54,789 nucleotides of DNA from Nitrospiraceae bacterium (GTDB lineage Bacteria; Nitrospirota; Thermodesulfovibrionia; UBA6902), in assembly GCA_020346765.1 (NCBI GenBank), contig CP070788.1, positions 1,908,783 to 1,963,571 of the forward strand, given 5' to 3'. A model generated the notes under the pieces. It was not told the DNA's origin. It ran no database searches and saw only the letters and a list, made by a program, of their open reading frames with translations. The first letter of the stretch is position 1. Each line of letters starts with the position of its first letter. Of this stretch, positions 52,535 to 54,789 are shown one piece after another. Position numbers and translations under genes: made by a program.

Positions 52535-53878
52535 TTACTTCATCAGCTCGGGAAAGATTGCTTCAAGAGCGTCAACAGCGTGGACCGGGTGGCTGTTTTT
52601 GTCTGCCGCCCTGCTGACGAGCTGTTCGGCATTGCCCTTCACATCGGCTTCGCCGGCGCCGGCGTAGGATGCAAGAAGTCTTGTGAAGGTCGACAGGACA
52701 ACGGGTTTGCTGTCCTGAACAGCTTTTCTGACCTTGTCGATGTTCTGGTAGAGCATGCCCCGCCATCCCTGGTGGACGAGTTTGGTCACTGTGGCAGGAC
52801 CGACACCGCCTGTCTCCAGAGTATAGGCGCAGGCCTTGGCACGTGCCGCAGGGTCGACATCTCCGAAGGGCTTTTTGCCGTCTTTTCTGAAGGACGTTGA
52901 TGCGTCGACTATCAGTACGCCCTCCTTTAGCATATGGGCAGTAAAGAAGTACTCCGTGTCAGGATGTGTCTTGTAGGGATGAAATCCCATGCAGCTGAAT
53001 ATGATGTCGGCCCGTTGAGAAAGTTCGGTATACACCTTCACCTGGGTATCCCTGTCTGACTTCCCTCCCGTTCCCGTGCGGGTATGGAGCGGGCCCAGGG
53101 CAGTCGCGTCGAATCGTTTCAAAAGGTTGAAAAGGGGCTCACCCACGATGTTGCTTCTGCCTGCCACGAGGACTTCGTATCCGGCAAAGCTGGCTATTCC
53201 GTCAGGGCGGAGCCTCCTGCCTTTCTCTCGAACAAGATAGACGCTTGCGAGATCGACCATGCCGCTGGGGGTGCAGCAGTCGTAATATCGGTCAGCGCCC
53301 AGGGACATGAGGCCCAGTGTTGTCTGGTTCAGCCCGTCACCGTCCTTGTGAAGGGCAATGCGATTGCAGAGGGCAGTGGTGTCTATGTCATGGCCTGCCT
53401 TTCCGCCGAAGGGGAGCTGGAACATGAGGATGGAAATGGAGCTGTCTCTGTTCCACTTCTCGAGTTTATCGTAGAGCTCGGCTGCTGTGATTGTGGACGG
53501 GAATTCCTCCATCATGCTCGAAAGGCCGGAAAGCTTGGTTGTGACATTTTTCATTCCCACGTAACTTCTTGATGCAGCGACCTTCGGGTCGTCCTTATCG
53601 CCGACCAGCACGGTGAGCACCTTATGCGCATCGGGCTTTATCTCTTTCAGCGCCGGGATTTCCCTGAGAAAGTCTGAGCGCCGCTTCAACTCGGGGATGA
53701 TCACGTCCTGGTATCCCATGGGGAATTTCTGTTCGCCCTTGACTGAGCCGGAACCGTTGATTACCGCAGTGTATTCCTGGTCCCTGAAGGATCGGCTGAT
53801 AATGTGCCTGAATTCTTCCTGTGCAAAGAGCCAGTGATTGATGCCGCCGATGCGGTCATGGTATTCCCTGTACGCCAT
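52535..53878 (-). CDS. long-form FolD-like methylene-THF dehydrogenase/methenyl-THF cyclohydrolase homolog
   Basis: 447 aa. The FolD core landmarks are retained: SYVGMK (YxxxK), MFQLPFG, KDGDGL, CCTPSG, VAGRSNIVGEP, ETGGVGPATV. N- and C-terminal extensions and internal insertions are present. Confidence 0.65.
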   Translation of the reverse strand: MAYREYHDRIGGINHWLFAQEEFRHIISRSFRDQEYTAVINGSGSVKGEQKFPMGYQDVIIPELKRRSDFLREIPALKEIKPDAHKVLTVLVGDKDDPKVAASRSYVGMKNVTTKLSGLSSMMEEFPSTITAAELYDKLEKWNRDSSISILMFQLPFGGKAGHDIDTTALCNRIALHKDGDGLNQTTLGLMSLGADRYYDCCTPSGMVDLASVYLVREKGRRLRPDGIASFAGYEVLVAGRSNIVGEPLFNLLKRFDATALGPLHTRTGTGGKSDRDTQVKVYTELSQRADIIFSCMGFHPYKTHPDTEYFFTAHMLKEGVLIVDASTSFRKDGKKPFGDVDPAARAKACAYTLETGGVGPATVTKLVHQGWRGMLYQNIDKVRKAVQDSKPVVLSTFTRLLASYAGAGEADVKGNAEQLVSRAADKNSHPVHAVDALEAIFPELMK

Positions 53879-53931
53879 GGTGACCTCCTGTATGGTGAAA
53901 TATAAAAGCGTGATGCTCGGTAAAGTTTAAT

Positions 53932-53960
53932 AATTTAATGGTTACCATGGGTAATGTCAA
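53932..53960 (-). promoter_or_regulatory. sigma70-type promoter TTGACA-N17-TAAATT upstream of the FolD-like gene
   Basis: The minus strand reads ctgcTTGACAttacccatggtaaccatTAAATTatt. It lies about 54 nt upstream of the ATG at 53878. Confidence 0.55.
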
Positions 53961-54029
53961 GCAGGAGAGGGCCAAAGTGCAGAAATGCCAAAGCACTGAG
54001 GACGTGGGATCAGCGCCTTGACTGTGGAA

Positions 54030-54629
54030 CTACGGCACTACGGTACTAGGGCACTTAATTATCCGCTTATCGGTGATGATGATGTCGACTTTGATATCGT
54101 GGGGCTCGTCGGGGATGTGGTCGCCGATCTGTTCTTCATAGGCGAGGGCGACTGTGGGGATATGGTCGACCCGGGCAAGTTTTTTGGCCTCCAGGCTCAG
54201 CAGCCTGTCATAATAACCGCCGCCATAGCCGAGGCGGCTGCCTCTCAGGTTGAATCCTGTGCCGGGGATAACAACGAGGTCAATATTATTTAAAAATACT
54301 TGCCGGCCCGCTCTAACCCCCGGCTCGGGAATCCCCATATATCCCGGGACAAGCTCCGATATGTCTTTTATCTCGTAGAGGTGCAGGACTTTGCGGCCCG
54401 GATCGACAACAGGCAGGACCAGTCTCTTACCCAGGGCGAGCACATCCTGAAGATAACTTCTGGTATTTACCTCAGAGCGGAATGAGACATACATCAGCAA
54501 ACAGGCCGCTTTTTTGAAGGTCTCAAGGGCAAAGAGCCGCTTTTTGATGGAAGCATCCTTCAGCTTCTTCCTGTCGGGAGGTATGGCGTCCCGCTTTTTC
54601 AGCAGATGTGCCCTGAGCTTCTGTTTCAC
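54030..54629 (-). CDS. 5-formyltetrahydrofolate cyclo-ligase
   Basis: 199 aa with a GTG start. It shows LRAHLLKKRDAI, VLPVV, VVIPGTGFNLRGSRLGYGGGYYDR. Confidence 0.85.
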   Translation of the reverse strand: MKQKLRAHLLKKRDAIPPDRKKLKDASIKKRLFALETFKKAACLLMYVSFRSEVNTRSYLQDVLALGKRLVLPVVDPGRKVLHLYEIKDISELVPGYMGIPEPGVRAGRQVFLNNIDLVVIPGTGFNLRGSRLGYGGGYYDRLLSLEAKKLARVDHIPTVALAYEEQIGDHIPDEPHDIKVDIIITDKRIIKCPSTVVP

Positions 54630-54789
54630 ACGGACTTCTCTAAGGCGGTCTTGATTGCGAGTGCTTCATTGTATGCCTTTTCCGATGCCTTGTAGGAAGG
54701 CAGCCCCCTGATGTCTGACTCCATGATGCTGTCATTAAAACTCATGGAGCCGATAAACTCCATCCCTTCCAGTTCCTTTTTAATGAACG
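54626..54789 (-). CDS. 3' end of an unidentified gene (runs off the right edge)
   Basis: My own translation reads ..FIKKELEGMEFIGSMSFNDSIMESDIRGLPSYKASEKAYNEALAIKTALEKSV*. The stop overlaps the GTG of the cyclo-ligase gene (GTGA). Confidence 0.5.
   Translation of the reverse strand, partial: FIKKELEGMEFIGSMSFNDSIMESDIRGLPSYKASEKAYNEALAIKTALEKSV

Noticed and set aside
54600-54789. Possibility of a 6S RNA (ssrS) upstream of the 5-formyl-THF cyclo-ligase gene, as in the E. coli zapA-ssrS-ygfA locus.
   Set aside because: The upstream coding sequence overlaps the cyclo-ligase GTG by 4 nt, leaving no intergenic space. The upstream C-terminal peptide does not resemble ZapA.

Overview
The window is a gene-dense chromosomal segment, mostly minus-strand operons. 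By gene content it looks like an anaerobic Desulfobacterota/Deltaproteobacteria-type organism. That inference rests on MetF/MetV, IorAB plus PaaK, CooC, HDOD, a two-CW protein and sigma54 promoters. I saw no rRNA, tRNA, CRISPR array, transposase, integrase or recognisable defence genes.

Left to right the content is:
- pyrB (partial), pyrR with a PyrR-type leader site, and an HDOD protein
- DUF190-crcB (fluoride), DUF4197, and an OmpA porin with thrombospondin-type repeats
- hisA-hisF, a PP-loop ATPase, DivIVA, CooC and an MCP
- a 12.6-kb aromatic/branched-chain amino-acid operon: trpB2-like, amidohydrolase, iorAB, paaK, ACT, livKHMGF, paaK
- an LdtD-like L,D-transpeptidase with a DUF882 peptidase behind a sigma54 promoter
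- a thioesterase, an M20 amidohydrolase, thyX and two tandem ClC channels
- a compatible-solute gene set: TreT-like GT4, an internally duplicated protein, a GpgS-like GT, MOFRL glycerate kinase and an MpgP-type phosphatase
- a soluble PAS-GAF-PAS histidine kinase, a LuxR-type response regulator and a stand-alone 8-Cys two-CW protein
- panB, an FKBP PPIase and lgt
- a folate/C1 cluster: metV-metF, folE, an unusually long FolD-like protein and 5-formyl-THF cyclo-ligase

The observations most worth follow-up are:
1. The orphan two-CW cysteine-rich protein beside a sensor kinase that has no obvious input. It is flanked by two related ~100-bp palindromic elements in an AT-rich spacer, and the whole module splits the glucosylglycerate genes.
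2. Two homologous hairpins with 7-nt periodicity sit immediately upstream of the Shine-Dalgarno (SD) ribosome-binding sites of paaK and the ACT gene in the liv operon.
3. A promoter-to-terminator structured RNA candidate of about 230 nt lies between thyX and the M20 amidohydrolase.
4. A long-form FolD homolog.

All functional calls come from reading the supplied translations and the sequence by eye; no database search was run.
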